DNA from: Azolla caroliniana
Taxonomy: Eukaryota > Plantae > Polypodiophyta
DNA length: 64,000 nt
Direction: 5' to 3'
NCBI GenBank assembly: GCA_043228905.1
Contig: JBHGNT010000001.1
Location: 17,608,001 to 17,672,000 of the forward strand
Of this stretch, positions 24,630 to 37,162 are shown in pieces (within the stretch, counting starts at the first letter, position 1; each line of letters opens with the position of its first letter). Below the pieces are notes generated by a model. That model was not told where the DNA came from, made no database searches, and saw nothing but the letters and a program-made list of their open reading frames with translations. The translations under genes were made by a program, and so were the position numbers.

Positions 24630-26478
24630 ATGTCTCGCAAATCGGGGAGTAGCAACAGGTGTGTTTATATTACTTTTTTTGTGTTTAATCCTGTCTTTAG
24701 TGATTAGGGTTTGTGATTGAAATTTCTGATTAGGGTTTTTGATTATAAATTTCTGATTAGAATTTCTGAATAGGGTTTCTGGTTACAAATTTTGATTACA
24801 AATTAGAATTTCTGAATAGGGTTTTTGTTTATAAATTTCTGCTTAGGATTTTTGATTAGGGTTTGTGATTGAAATTTTTTATTAGGGTTTCTGATTGAAA
24901 TTTCTGATTAGGGTTTTTGATTATAAATTTCTGATTAGAATTTCTGAATAAGGTTTCTGGTTACAAACTTCTGATTACAGATTTTGATTAGGGTTTCTGA
25001 TTTCAAACTTCTGATTACAGATTTTGATTAGGTTAAGTTAAAGATTTTGCACCATTTTTGTTGTTGTTGATTGGGGTTTTTGATTCTCACATATTCTGAT
25101 TTTGCACTATTTCTGATTTCTGAAATGATATTTCAGATGGCTCGTTCCTCCGTATACGAGAGTGCTAAACTTCGCAAAATTTTGCGAGACAAAGGAGGAC
25201 TTCCACAACACCTATGGTCTGTCACTCGAGGGTGTTGACCCTGCTGTCCTAAGTGATAAATTGATCAGTGATATAGACTGGATGACAGTATATACAGTGC
25301 CTAGAGTCAAAGGCAAGGTCAAGCTGAAGCATGTACGAGCCGACTTGTACGATGACTGCATGAGACTGCACCAGAAAGTTCATCAGGAGATCCCAGTCAA
25401 CAATGAGTTGTCAGTTTCATTTGCTAGAGCATTTGCATATGAGTACTGCAAAACAGCGAAGGAATCTAGAGACCCTGAAATGTATAGGGTAGCTTGGGCA
25501 GTCTATGGTGAGGCATCGGTAAAAAGATGCCGAAAGATGGGGACCTTGGCACAAAAAATAGACAGATTTTGGAGCATGACAGCTGTTGATGCAACTGCCG
25601 ACTCCTAGCAAGACCGGGGGCATACACCACACCGACACCCAAGGAAAGCCAATGTCGATGATACAGGTGAGACATTGGTTAGCTATATGCTAAAAAATGT
25701 CCATGAAGCCTGTGAGACATTGGCATTTTTTAAGACTGATTTAGAGAAAGCCACAATGGCTTCTGCAATGGAGAGCAAAGTTACTTCTGCTGTTACAACA
25801 ATTAGAAATAAGATTCAGGTAACTATTGTTTTGCTGGTATGTGATTGTGTTATAAATAACGGGTAAAATGTGCTAATCAAGCATTATCTGGAATAGGTTG
25901 CGCAACAGGAGCTTGAATTAGAGGGGCCACTGGATCCCCAGCGTAAAATAGAACTTCAAATAGAGATCCAGGTTCTTTCAATGAACCTGGACCTTCTAGG
26001 TGTAAATACTGTTGCAGATTACAATTTGGATAAGCTTCAAGTAAGTTAACGATTCCTGAGCAAAGTTGGTGTATCTTTCAACAACAAGAATAATTAATCG
26101 GTAAATTTCTCTGTTGCGTTGAAGGAACAATACATTCATCAAGAACAGGTAGTTAGCTGCCTTAAGAAGAAGCTACATTTTGTGGAGGGAATGGTAAGGA
26201 CCAGACAGGATTTGGACCTGAACATTCTTGCTCCCTTACCAAATGAAGTAGAACCAGAAAATGATTTATTGACAGTTCAAGCACGTTGCATCGCTTGCGG
26301 GTTAGGTGTGGAGGACAAAACTGCGTCTTTGTTGGTTCACCTACAACCATGCAACCACACATACCATCTGCTTTGTTTTCAACATGCCTGTCGAATTGCT
26401 GCATTCTGTTTGGGAGATTGCAGTACAACTCTACCAAATGAGTGGAGAAAACAAACAGGTATACCATACTATAGCTAA
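24630..26478 (+). pseudogene. Transposon cargo gene: about 402-aa protein with coiled-coil and C-terminal RING-H2-like finger; one premature TAG
   Basis: Exons 24630-24658, 25137-25818, 25897-26040, 26125-26478 join in frame through GT-AG introns. In-frame TAG at 25606-25608. Motif CIAC-x17-CNHTYHLLC-x9-CLGDC. Confidence 0.75.
24700..25080 (+). repeat. Telo-box-rich (TTAGGGTTT) degenerate repeat in intron 1 of the cargo gene
   Basis: Recurrent TGATTAGGGTTT, GAATAGGGTTT and AAATTTCTGATT units with internal block duplications. Confidence 0.8.
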
Positions 26479-27950
26479 TAAGCTTAGTCTTTTCTAATTA
26501 GCTATCCTACTAGCTAATTAGCTACTGGCAGCTAATGAGCTACTAGCTATCCTACTAGCTAGTACCATAGTTGTGTAAAAAAGCTAAATAGCTATCCTAC
26601 TAGCTAATTAGCCACTGGCAACTAATTAGCTATCCTAGTAACTAATTAGCTACTGCCATAGTTGTGTAAAGTAGCTAATAAGCTATCCTAGTAGCTAGTT
26701 AGCTATGGTACTAGCTAATTAGCTAGTACCATAGTTGTGTAAAAAAGCTAATTAGCTATCCTACTAGCTAATTAGCTACTGGCAACTAATTAGCTATCCT
26801 ACTAGCTAATTAGCTATCCTACTAGCTAATTAGCTATCATAGTAGCTAATTAGCTACTGACATAGTTGTGTAAAGTAGCTAATAAGCTATCCTAGTAGTT
26901 AGTTAGCTATCCTACTAGCTAATTAGCTACTGGCAACTAATTAGCTATCCTACTAGCTAATTAGCTATCCTACTAGCTAATTAGCTATCATAGTAGCTAA
27001 TTAGCTACTGACATAGTTGTGTAAAGTAGCTAATAAGCTATCCTAGTAGCTAATTAGCTACTGGCAGCTAATTAGCTATCCTAGTAGCTAATTAGCTACT
27101 GGCAGCTAATTAGCTATCCTAGTAGCTAATTAGCTACTGGCAGCTAATTAGCTGTCCTAGTAGCTAATAAGCTATCCTAGCTACTTCATAGTTGAGAAAG
27201 TAGCTAATTAGCTTTCATTGTAGCTAATTAGCTATCCTAGCTACCACCATAGTTAATAAAGTAGCTAATTAGCTATCCTAGCTACTACCATAGTTAGTAA
27301 AGTAGCTAATTAGCTATCCTAGCTACTACCATAGTTGAGTAAAGTAGCTAATTAGCTACCATAGTAGCTAATTAGCTATCCTAGCTACTACTATAGTTGT
27401 GTAAAGTAGCTAATAAGCTATCCTACTAGCTAATTAGCTATCCTAGTAGGTAATTAGCTATGGTACTAGCTAATTAGCTAGTACTATAGTTGTGTAAAAA
27501 AGCTAATTAGGTATCCTACTAGCTAATTAGCCACTGGCAACTAATTAGCTATCCTAGTAACTAATTAGCTACTGCCATAGTTGTGTAAAGTAGCTAATAA
27601 GCTATCCTAGTAGCTAATTAGCTACTAGCAGCTAATTAGCTATCCTAGTAGCTAATTAGCTATCCTACTAGCTAATTAGCTACTACCATAGTTGAGTAAA
27701 GTAGCTAATTAGCTATCCTACTAGCTAATTAGCTACTACCATAGTTGAGTAAAGTACCTAATTAGCTATCCTACTAGCTAATTAGCTACTGGCAACTAAT
27801 TAGCTATCCTAGTAGCTAATTAGCTATCCTAGTAGCTAATTAGCTGCTGGCAACTAATTAGCTATCCTACTAGCGAATTAGCTATCCTAGCGAATTAGCT
27901 ATCCTAGTAGCTACTGCCATAGTTCCACTGACTAGCAAGAGCTTAGCTGT
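26472..27950. repeat. Satellite array built on the palindrome TAGCTAATTAGCTA (about 20-bp units with higher-order variants)
   Basis: Dozens of TAGCTAATTAGCTA cores with TCCTAC, TCCTAG, CTGGCA or CATAGTTGTGTAAAG spacers, between the convergent 3' ends of the two genes. Confidence 0.95.
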
Positions 27951-28136
27951 TTATAGGAGATTTGTAGACATTTCCAATGGTAATTTATAAATATGTAAAG
28001 AGATGACATTATTCAATGAAGAATTTAATTACTTGTTCCCACTGTACTTATCTACTGTGTAATTTGAGGAATATGTTGCAGATTGTTGATTTCATTCTAT
28101 TGATGACTATTTAGCTATTGACAGCTAATTAGCTGC

Positions 28137-28648
28137 ATTTGTACAGCTAATTAGCTGCATTTGTACAGCTAATTAGCTACTGATGACTATTTCGCTATAA
28201 CTTATAACTTAAAACTTAACAAAAAAGACATGATTTTATTGAGAAAGAAGCACAGAAAGCAGACTGTATACAAGAAATTGATTCCAAACGAATTTATTGA
28301 TCTGTTTTCGCGAAATACATGTTTGTTTTACAAGAGAACATGGTAAGTGCTACTTGTAGCTACAAATTCCATGGCATACTATTGTAAATACATTTGTACA
28401 GCTAATTAGCTGCATTTGTACAGCTAATTAGCTACTGATGACTATTTCGCTATAACTTATAACTTAAAACTTAACAAAAAAGACATGATTTTATTGAGAA
28501 AGAAGCACAGAAAGCAGACTGTATACAAGAAATTGATTCCAAACGAATTTATTGATCTGTTTTCGCGAAATACATGTTTGTTTTACAAGAGAACATGGTA
28601 AGTGCTACTTGTAGCTACAAATTCCATGGCATACTATTGTAAATACAT
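28137..28648. repeat. 255-bp tandem duplication covering the transposase stop codon and 3' UTR
   Basis: CTACAAATTCCATGGC at 28360 and 28615; the intervening blocks appear identical. Confidence 0.9.
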
Positions 28649-31600
28649 TCATACACATTAGCACCAACAGTGTATAAACCGGAGCAGCTATTGTATTCTG
28701 ACATTGGGACGTTGATGCATCTGACCAAATGAGAGTACATATACGCCGCTGGTTTGTCTTCTAACAGCCTGTACACATATTCGTAGTCATCTAGTTTTGC
28801 ATAAAAAATGCCTTCGATGTAGAATGTCCCGGCAGATACAAAATTTCCCCATGCATCTACAATATTCTGCCTTGCACACTGTTTACTAACCGTGCACTTT
28901 AATATATAGAAATCAGCACCCTCTGAATTGCCTTCTTCAGCATTTACAGCGAAGTTATCCCCAACGTTCAGGACATCACTCAAAGTATCTCCAAGTCCCT
29001 CATATGTGAAGTCAGCATTCTGCCCTGTTTCTCCATCAACTGCTTCCTTATCATTCAGAGTGTGATACTCCCAATTCTGAATGTATGCTTTGTTTAGACA
29101 ATATCTCCAATTTCCCTGCACACAATGGAAGCAAAAACAAGTCAATTCTCTAACCGCAATACAATGACCATCCAACCTGGAATAACCGCGAACAACATGC
29201 AGAGATCGCAATTCGGGAATTCCTTGGCACTCCCAGGTCTTCTCCCTATTTACTTCATCTATCTTCACTTCCCAAAATTCACGTTTGATATCTCGAACTT
29301 GCGAGGAATAAACACCTGTGGCACTCGTCGACATATTTGTTCTTAAAAATTCAACTACATGTGATGCACAATTCATGTGCACACCATCTGTCTTTAGTTG
29401 TTCATGGGTAAGTGCCCGCTTTATAACAGCCCCTGCACCATCATGTTCACCTTTACCATGGCCAGACCCAAAAAAATTCCATCTCATCTCCAAACCTGTT
29501 ATAGCAGGATACCTCCCCACAAAATAAAATGGACGTCGAGCCTTGAATTGTGACGCAGCTCCGTCAGACCAGACCCAATGTTGAGTAAGCTCCAAACGTT
29601 GAGCTAATAACCACTGCCAATGTAACTTAAAACAGTGTTGGACGAACAAGGTATCATGCTTCTTATCATCGGAAATAAAGAAATGAATTACTTTTTTAAC
29701 ATCACCTGAAACTCGAAAATATGTTATGTGCACAAAAATGGTTACCTGAACTGAACACCAATGCATAGATTGAATTTCATTCTGCTGCTTGAAAGTATAA
29801 TTCTCTGCGAAATCTACTACTGAGACTACTACATCATTTGGGAAATCAGATATGCAAGTCTTAAACTGATGGGCCTGCCATGAATAAATGAAGTTGTGTT
29901 TAATGAACTTTCCTAGAGATACTACAAACAGAGACACCAAATCCCTTGGTTTAAGCATCTTCCGAACTAGATCCTTTCTTTTACACACCTTTCCTTCGAA
30001 ATTGGTGTTCACTGACTCAAATAACTTCACAGAGATCAATATTTCACTACTCAATTCATTTGGACACCACCTAAATCTAGTAGGGCCACAATCTTGACAT
30101 AAACCCATGACACATTTATGAATATGGAAGATAGCGTCAGATTCTCTCGGACACAATATTGAATCTAATAAATAACTCATGGAAGAGATAACGTGCTCAG
30201 ATGATTTATACTCCTCTTGCGGGCTTGATCGACAGATTTGGCACCCAAATGTGCAAACTGTATTAGTTAGGGATGCGCTATGGTGACGTAGTAGATTAAC
30301 AGAGTCCTTCAGAAAACCCATCTGTACATGGTAAATGCAACAACATGTGTATCGATCCTTTAAGCGTCTCACAAAGTGTGGCTTAAGAGACTCGAATGTT
30401 CGTAGTTGAACTTTGATAGTTGGATGCATTCGTTTGAACCTAATAAATAAATCGACCTGCGTAATAAAGGGGAATTAGTTATTCTCGTAACTAGCTAACT
30501 ATCCTAGTAGCTAATTAGCTATTCTAGTAGCTAGTTAGCTATTCTAGTAGCTAGTTAGCTATTCTAGTAGCTAATTAGCTATCATGGTAGCTAATTAGTT
30601 GTCCTAGTAGCTAATTAGCTATCATGGTAGTTAATTAGCTGTCGTAGTAGCTAATTAGCTATCATGGTAGCTAATTAGCTATTCTAGTAGCTAATTAGCT
30701 ATCATGGTAGCTAATTAGCTGTCGTAGTAGCTAATTAGCTATCATGGTAGCTAATTAGCTGTCCTAGTAGCTAATTGGTTGTCCTAGTAGCTAATTAGCT
30801 ATCATGGTAGCTAATTAGCTGTCGTAGTAGCTAATTAGCTATCATGGTAGCTAATTAGCTATTCTAGTAGCTAATTAGCTATCCTAGTAGCTAATTAGCT
30901 ATCCTAGTAGCTAATTAGCTATCCTAGTAGCTAATTAGCTATCATGGTAGCTAATTAGCTGTCGTAGTAGCTAATTAGCTATCATGGTAGCTAATTAGCT
31001 ATTCTAGTAGCTAATTAGCTATTCTAGTAGCTAATTAGCTATCGTAGTAGCTAATTAGCTGTCGTAGTAGCTAATTAGCTATCATGGTAGCTAATTAGCT
31101 GTCCTAGTAGCTAATTAGTTGTCCTAGTAGCTAATTAGCTATCATGGTGGCTAATTAGCTTGTCTACTAGCTAATTAGCTATCATGGTGGCTAATTAGCT
31201 TTCCTAGTAACTAATTAGCTATCATGGTAGCTAATTAGCTGGTCTAGTAGCTAATTAGCTATCGTGGTAGCTAATTAGCTGGTCTAGTAGCTAATTAGCT
31301 ATAATGGTGGCTGATTAGCTTTCCTAGTAACTAATTAGCTATCATGGTAGCTAATTAGCTGGTATAGTAGCTAATTAGCTATCATGGTAGCTAATTAGCT
31401 GGTATAGTAGCTAATTAGCCATCATGGTAGCTAATTAGCTATCACGGTGGCTAATTAGCTGTCCTAGTAACTAATTAGCTATCATGGTAGCTAATTAGCT
31501 GGTCTAGTAGCTAATTAGCTATAATGGTGGCTAATTAGCTATCCTAACTAATTAGCTATCATGGTAGTAGCTATTGAGAGTAGCCAGTTACCTATGTAGT

Positions 31601-32601
31601 AGCTATCATAGTAGCTAATTAGCTATCATGGTAGCTAATTAGCTTTCCTAGTAGCTAATTAGCTGGTAATAACGAAATAGCTAACTAGCTACCATGATAG
31701 CTAACTAGCTAGCAGTACAGCTAATTATCTGGTAGTACCTAAATTAGCTATTGAGGTAAATGTAACTGATAAGCTAATTAGCTTTTCTGCTAACTGAGCT
31801 AATTAACTTTCCGAGTAGAGTCAAAACAAATGTTGAGATAAATGTAAATACCTGAGGTACATCAAGAAGATGAATGGGATGCTCCTCGTATTGATTTCTT
31901 CCAACACGTTTCCTGCATAAATCCTTTTTATTGGGTGAAACCCTACTCTCATTAGTCCAAAACATTGTGATTACATCCTTGATTTCAAATGTTATGGGTG
32001 TCATTGGCTTACATCTTGTAGTTAGCTTTAGTAGACTAGTTCCTTCACCCGAGGAAATTATACGGTTCATTGTATTGTACACTGTTTTTCTACTAACACC
32101 AATTACCTTAGATAGCTCACTGATGTTTATATCGTCAACATCACTATTAAGTAACATCATTAGACTAGACCTTTTTAAGACAAGATCATCTTCTGACCTG
32201 CTCATGGATACGAAACTATTACGAAGATTATTTACTAAAATAGATGATATGTTTGCATTAAGACCATCACAATCAACTAAGTCCTTTATCGATGGATCAT
32301 TACATATTCCATAAAGTACTACCTTCTTTTCTTCATTGCTGATGTGCTTGGTTTGAACATTGAAATAGTCTACAACCTTTCTCTCTATGATGGTAGTTGC
32401 ATTACTTACATTCTCAGCTAAACTATCCTTACCTTTACTGAGTGTGGCTTTCGTATCCTTCAACAATTGACGATGTTTCCTTTTTTTTTCTGCCCAATAG
32501 TTTCGTATGGCTTGTTGTGTCCTGATAACATCATCCCTATCCTTATGATCATTGAGGGGTAATTCTAAACACCCTTCTTCCCCTTCCATTTGGCTAGACA
32601 T
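28615..32601 (-). CDS. Sola2-like DDD transposase, 2 exons, about 863 aa, apparently intact
   Basis: Exon 1 32601-31852 (CAG|GTATT donor); exon 2 30456-28615 (GCAG| acceptor); junction reads LLDVPQ|VDLFIRFKRMHP in frame. Motifs CCCIYH, VVDFAENY, EIQSMHW, SDDKKHD, WSDGAASQFK, WNFFGSGHGKGEHDGAGAVIKR, CFCFHC. Confidence 0.88.
30487..31800. repeat. Palindromic 20-bp satellite filling the transposase intron
   Basis: More than 50 units of TAGCTAATTAGCT + (ATCATGG/ATTCTAG/GTCCTAG/GTCGTAG); some spacers are inverted near 31690. Confidence 0.95.
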
Positions 32602-32929
32602 GTTAAAACCCTAAATTTCCAGAAAAAAAAACAAGTATTAAAGATGGCTATGGGCAACAACAATACACAAAAATATTCCACACAATACACAAGATTAGAC
32701 ACAACAATACACAAGATAATCAATAGACAGAAAAGTTATTGCAATCCAAGACCGAACAGTAGAGGATTTCACTCTGTTGGATCCAACAGTTGAGGAGGCG
32801 ATCCAAGACCGACCAATGGCAACAACTGAGTGTAGAATGTTGTCGTTGGATGAGTGAACTCCGTCAAATCGAAATGTGGAAGCAATCCGGGACTGGACAA
32901 TAGTGGCAACTGAGTATAGAATGATGGCA

Positions 32930-33670
32930 ATGGAGGAGAGAACCCCGTCAGATTGAACAGTTACCGATGATGCTTGAAACGCACATAGAAGGCACTTGAG
33001 AATAGAGTGGCATAGAGAAGAGAACCCCGTCAGATTGAACAGTTACCAATGATGCTTGAAACGCACAGTAGCGGCCCCTGAGTGAGAGTGGAAAAGAGAA
33101 GAGAACCCCGTCAGATTGAACAGTTACCAATGATGCTTGAAACGCACAGTAGCGGCCCCTGAGTGAGAGTGGAAAAGAGAAGAGAACCCCGTCAGATTGA
33201 ATAGCTCTTTGGTTATGCTTGGAACGCACAGTAGCAACCCCTGAGTGTAGAGTGGCAAAGAGAAGAGAACCCCGTCAGATTGAACAGCTCTTTGATGATG
33301 CTTGGAACGCACAACAGCGGCCCCTGAGTGTAGAGTGGCACAGAGAAGAGAACCCCCTCAGATTGAACAGCTCTTTGATGATGCTTGGAACGCACAGTAA
33401 TGGCCCCTGAGTGTAGAGTGGCACAGAGAAGAGAACCCCCTCAGATTGAACAGCACTTTGATGATGCTTGGAACGCACAGTAGCAGCCCCTCAGTGTAGA
33501 GTGGCACAGAGAAGAGAACCCCGTCAGATTGAACAGCTCTTTGATGATGCTTGGAATGCACAGTAGTGGCCCCTGAGTGTAGAGTGTCACAGAGAAGAGA
33601 ACCCCGTCAAATTGAGCAGCTCTTTGATGATGCTTGGAACGCACTGTAGCAGCCCCTCAGTGTAGAGTGG
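32930..33670. repeat. 82-83-bp tandem minisatellite (about 9 copies) upstream of the transposase
   Basis: Unit GAGAAGAGAACCCCGTCAGATTGAACAGCTCTTTGATGATGCTTGGAACGCACAGTAG...CTGAGTGTAGAGTGGCACA; degenerate units extend to about 32810. Confidence 0.93.
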
Positions 33671-35217
33671 CGGCAGGTGGACTCGATAGGGTTTAGCAAC
33701 AGTGGTAGCAACTAACCCACAGTACTCAACTAGAGATGGCCTACGTGATGTGGCAAAGGATCATGCATAATGGACCTAGGAATTCGATATATAATTTATG
33801 GTACACATTTATGGTGCACACATCAATTTATGTTGCACATTTATGGCACTCATTTACATATGTAATTAAAACACTCTAGTATTTTCAATGGTAGTTTTTT
33901 GCATACTTAATTTATTAATGATGGCTTTTTACTAAAATGACTATTTATCAATGGTAGCTTTTTGCATAGCTAATTGTTTCCACTCACATGCTTTCACCCT
34001 TAACAGTACGCGGGAGAGATAGAGAGAGCAGAACAAGAATCACTATTCAAAAATTATATCAACACTCTGTACATAGTGTGTGTTCAGCGAACACTTTTAT
34101 ACAAGTCCATACGGACCGACAGAAGTACGGTGTACTTCAATGCTCACTCGAGCGTTTGACACTAACTACGAGAGTATTAACTCCCTAGTAGTCTAGCTGC
34201 TACTACGCTTCCGGTTACTGATGGATCCGGCTAACTAGCTCCCCAGCTCACCGGCTCTTTTGCTCACCGGGTGCTCACTGGTTCACCGATCTGTCTCGCT
34301 CACCGGCTCAGGCTTATTTAGCCGATCCGGCTCCAACTAAGCTTGCCGCTCAACACTCCCCCTCAAGCTAAACTTGAGGTCCGGTCGTAGTGTCAACGTC
34401 TGTGGCAACCGGTCCTTCTGGCCGGCTCCTTCTGGCGTCACTCCGCCTTGCTCACGCTCCTCATGCGCTCCGGTTCTGTTTGCTGTGACCCCTCTTGTTC
34501 TGCGCACCTCTACCTCCTCGGTCAACTTGTTTGCTCAATAGGCCCAATTCAGCTCCCTCGTTGCTGTGACTTCGGCGCGTGCTGGTTCGCCGATTCCTTC
34601 ATGTTGGCATTGACTTTTGTAGGGAATCGACGCTCCGATTCACCTTCACCACTCGGCCACAACCGAGGAAGCGCGAATCAATGCAGCAGAAAATAGGAAA
34701 CACAGGGAAAGACACGATAACACAGGGATTAACGTGGAAAACCCTAGACGGGAAAAACCACGGGAGTGCAAGACTCCAACTATCACTCTACGCTGGGAAA
34801 TATACAATGGCGAGCTGCAAGGCGACGACCTTGAGCTCGCTATCCTCGCCACAGGCGGCGGTATTACACAGAGGCGTCGACCTCTTCCTTCTCTCTCTCT
34901 CTCGGCTGCTCTCACTCCGCTCCCTCTAGATGAAAAAACAGAAAAATGAGCAACAACATTAAAACTGTTTGCCCTAAGTCATATTTATACACATATGACT
35001 TTCGGGCTATTTACAACTATAGCCTCAAGGGCCCTTGGCAAACATATTCACAAATATGTCCCCGCATCCGGATCTCTCTCCGGGTACATTCGTCATCCGG
35101 CTCCGTAACCGGGATCTTCATCATCCGGTTCCGAAACCGCAACCAGGCTTGTCGTCATTCATCTCCGACATCCGACCATCCCATCCGAAGGGACCGTAAT
35201 CCCAACAAACTACCCCT

Positions 35218-37162
35218 TCACTTCGGCATGGGATGTCTCTCCAATCCGATCCTCTTCCGGCATGCTTCCAGCTTGTCGGGTGTGAGCACCTTGGTCAGCA
35301 TATCCGACCCGTTCTCGTCTGTGTGGACCTTCGTCAGCACGAACTCCTTGTCTTCTATCCTTTCCCGGATCCAGTGATATCTTCGCTGGATGTGCTTCGT
35401 CCGGGAGTGATAGGCCGCGTTCTTCGCAAGGTGGATGGCACTCTGACTGTCGCAGTAGAGTCGGTACTCCTCCTGCTGGATACCGAGCTCTCTAATGAAG
35501 TCCTTCATCCATATTATTTCCTCGCCGGCTTCAACAGCCGCCATGTACTCCGCCTCCGTGGTTGACAACGCAACCGTCTTCTGCAGCCTCGACTGCCATG
35601 AAACAGCTCCCCCTGCATACGTCATCACATACCCTGATGTGGACCGGCTGTTATCTGCATCAGCCGACATATCCGAATCGGTAAAGCCGTCGAGTTCGGG
35701 CTTACCGGAGCCGAATCGGAGGCACACGTTTGTCGTGCCCTTCAGGTATCGGAGTATCCACTTGGCCGCGTTCCAATGCTCTTTGCCGGGATTGCTCATG
35801 TACCGGCTCACCACTCCGACTGCGTATCCAATGTCCGGTCTTGTACACACCATTGCGTACATCAAGCTTCTGACGGCAGAGGCATATGGCACTTTCATCA
35901 TGTCCTCCTTCTCAGCCTTTGTCTTGGGGCTTTGCTTGCTGGACAGCTTGCAGTTTGCCGGGAGGGTCGATCCGACCGGTCTTGCTTCCGACATGTTGAA
36001 CCGTTTAAGCACCTTTGTCACGTACTTCTCCTGTGACAGCCACAACTGCTTCTTGCTCCGGTCCCGGATGATGTGCATCCCTAGTATTTGTCTCGCCGGA
36101 CCCAAGTCTTTCATTGAGAAGGTTCGGTGAAGAGCCTTCTTCAGCATCCGTATCTTGACCTGGTCCCGTCCGACGATCAACATGTCGTCCACGTACAGGA
36201 GGAGTATTAGAAAGTCTCCTCCTTCGAACTTCTTCACAAACACGCAGTGGTCGGACTGCGTTTTGAGGTACCCTTCGTCGGTCATGAAAGAGTCGAACTT
36301 CCGGTACCATTGCCGGGGAGCCTGCTTCAGTCCGTAAAGGCTCTTCTTCAACCGGCATACCAGGTGCTCCTTCCCTTTCTTCTCGAATCCTTCCGGTTGC
36401 TGCATGTAGATCTCTTCTTCGAGGTCACCGTGAAGGAATGCCGTCTTCACGTCCATCTGTTCTACCTCGAGGTCCATGCTTGCCGCTATGCTCAGCACCG
36501 TCCGGATGGAGGTCATCTTCACTACCGGGGCAAATATCTCGTCGAAGTTGACGCCCTTCTTCTGCTGAAACCCCTTTACCACGATCCTGGCTTTGTATCT
36601 CGGGGGGTTTCCGGCATCTCCCGGTTTCAGCTTGAACACCCACTTGTTTCGAAGTGCCCGTTTTCCTTTCGGCAACTCCACAAGTTCATATGTGTGGTTC
36701 TCATGCAGGGAATCCATCTCGTCCTGCATGGCACTCAACCACCTGCGGCTCTGGATGTCATGCTTTGCTTCTTCAAAGCTCTCCGGCTCCCCCTCGTCGG
36801 TTAGCAGCACGTGCTCTGGTTCCGGAAATCTCCGGGGGGCCCTTCTCTCTCTTAGAGGATATCTCCGTTCTGGAGCTTCGGTAACCGGCTCCTCCGTTTC
36901 CTCTTCATCCGAATCCATTTCGGGATCGGGGCCGGTTCCGGCATCAGTTTCATCTTCCTCGGCCGGTTCTGTTTCTTCACCGTCTTCGGCCGGATCCTCG
37001 AGTGCTAACCGGTCCCTGCCGGTCGGGACTGCTCCTCGTAGAGTTGATCCTCACCGGTCAGCTTGGAGCTCTTCATCTTCTTCTCCAACTCCTAGTCGGC
37101 GAGTGTCTTGTTCTCCATGAAGATGATATCACGACTCCGGAATATCTTCTTGTCGACCGGGT
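35218..37162 (-). pseudogene. copia B 3' pol (INT tail, RT, RNase H)
   Basis: ORF 35218-36918 with QMDVKTAFLHG, LYVDDML, CDSQSAI; a TAG stop near 37093. Confidence 0.92.

Larger units (their letters stand above)
24151..33999. mobile_element. Sola2-like DNA transposon (9849 bp)
   Basis: TIRs GGGTAAAAGCATGCGAGTGGAAACA (24151-24175) and TGTTTCCACTCACATGCTTTCACCC (33975-33999), 23/25 match. TTAA on both sides. The flanks rejoin into a continuous copia LTR. Encodes a DDD transposase. Confidence 0.9.

Noticed and set aside
24700-25080. Telomere or interstitial telomeric array
   Set aside because: TTAGGG units are dispersed among other motifs inside an intron, not tandem TTTAGGG.
31774-32601. Separate 275-aa gene
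   Set aside because: Better explained as exon 1 of the transposase; donor and acceptor join in frame and rebuild a conserved-looking motif.
32930-33670. CRISPR-like array
   Set aside because: Whole units are repeated with no unique spacers, there are no cas genes, and the context is eukaryotic.
24147-34003. piggyBac assignment because of the TTAA TSD
   Set aside because: Termini are GGG...CCC rather than piggyBac CCY...RGG, and the transposase motifs are Sola2-like.
35233-37120. Antisense ORFs over copia pol, here and throughout the window
   Set aside because: Shadow ORFs of GC-rich coding sequence with no recognisable domains.
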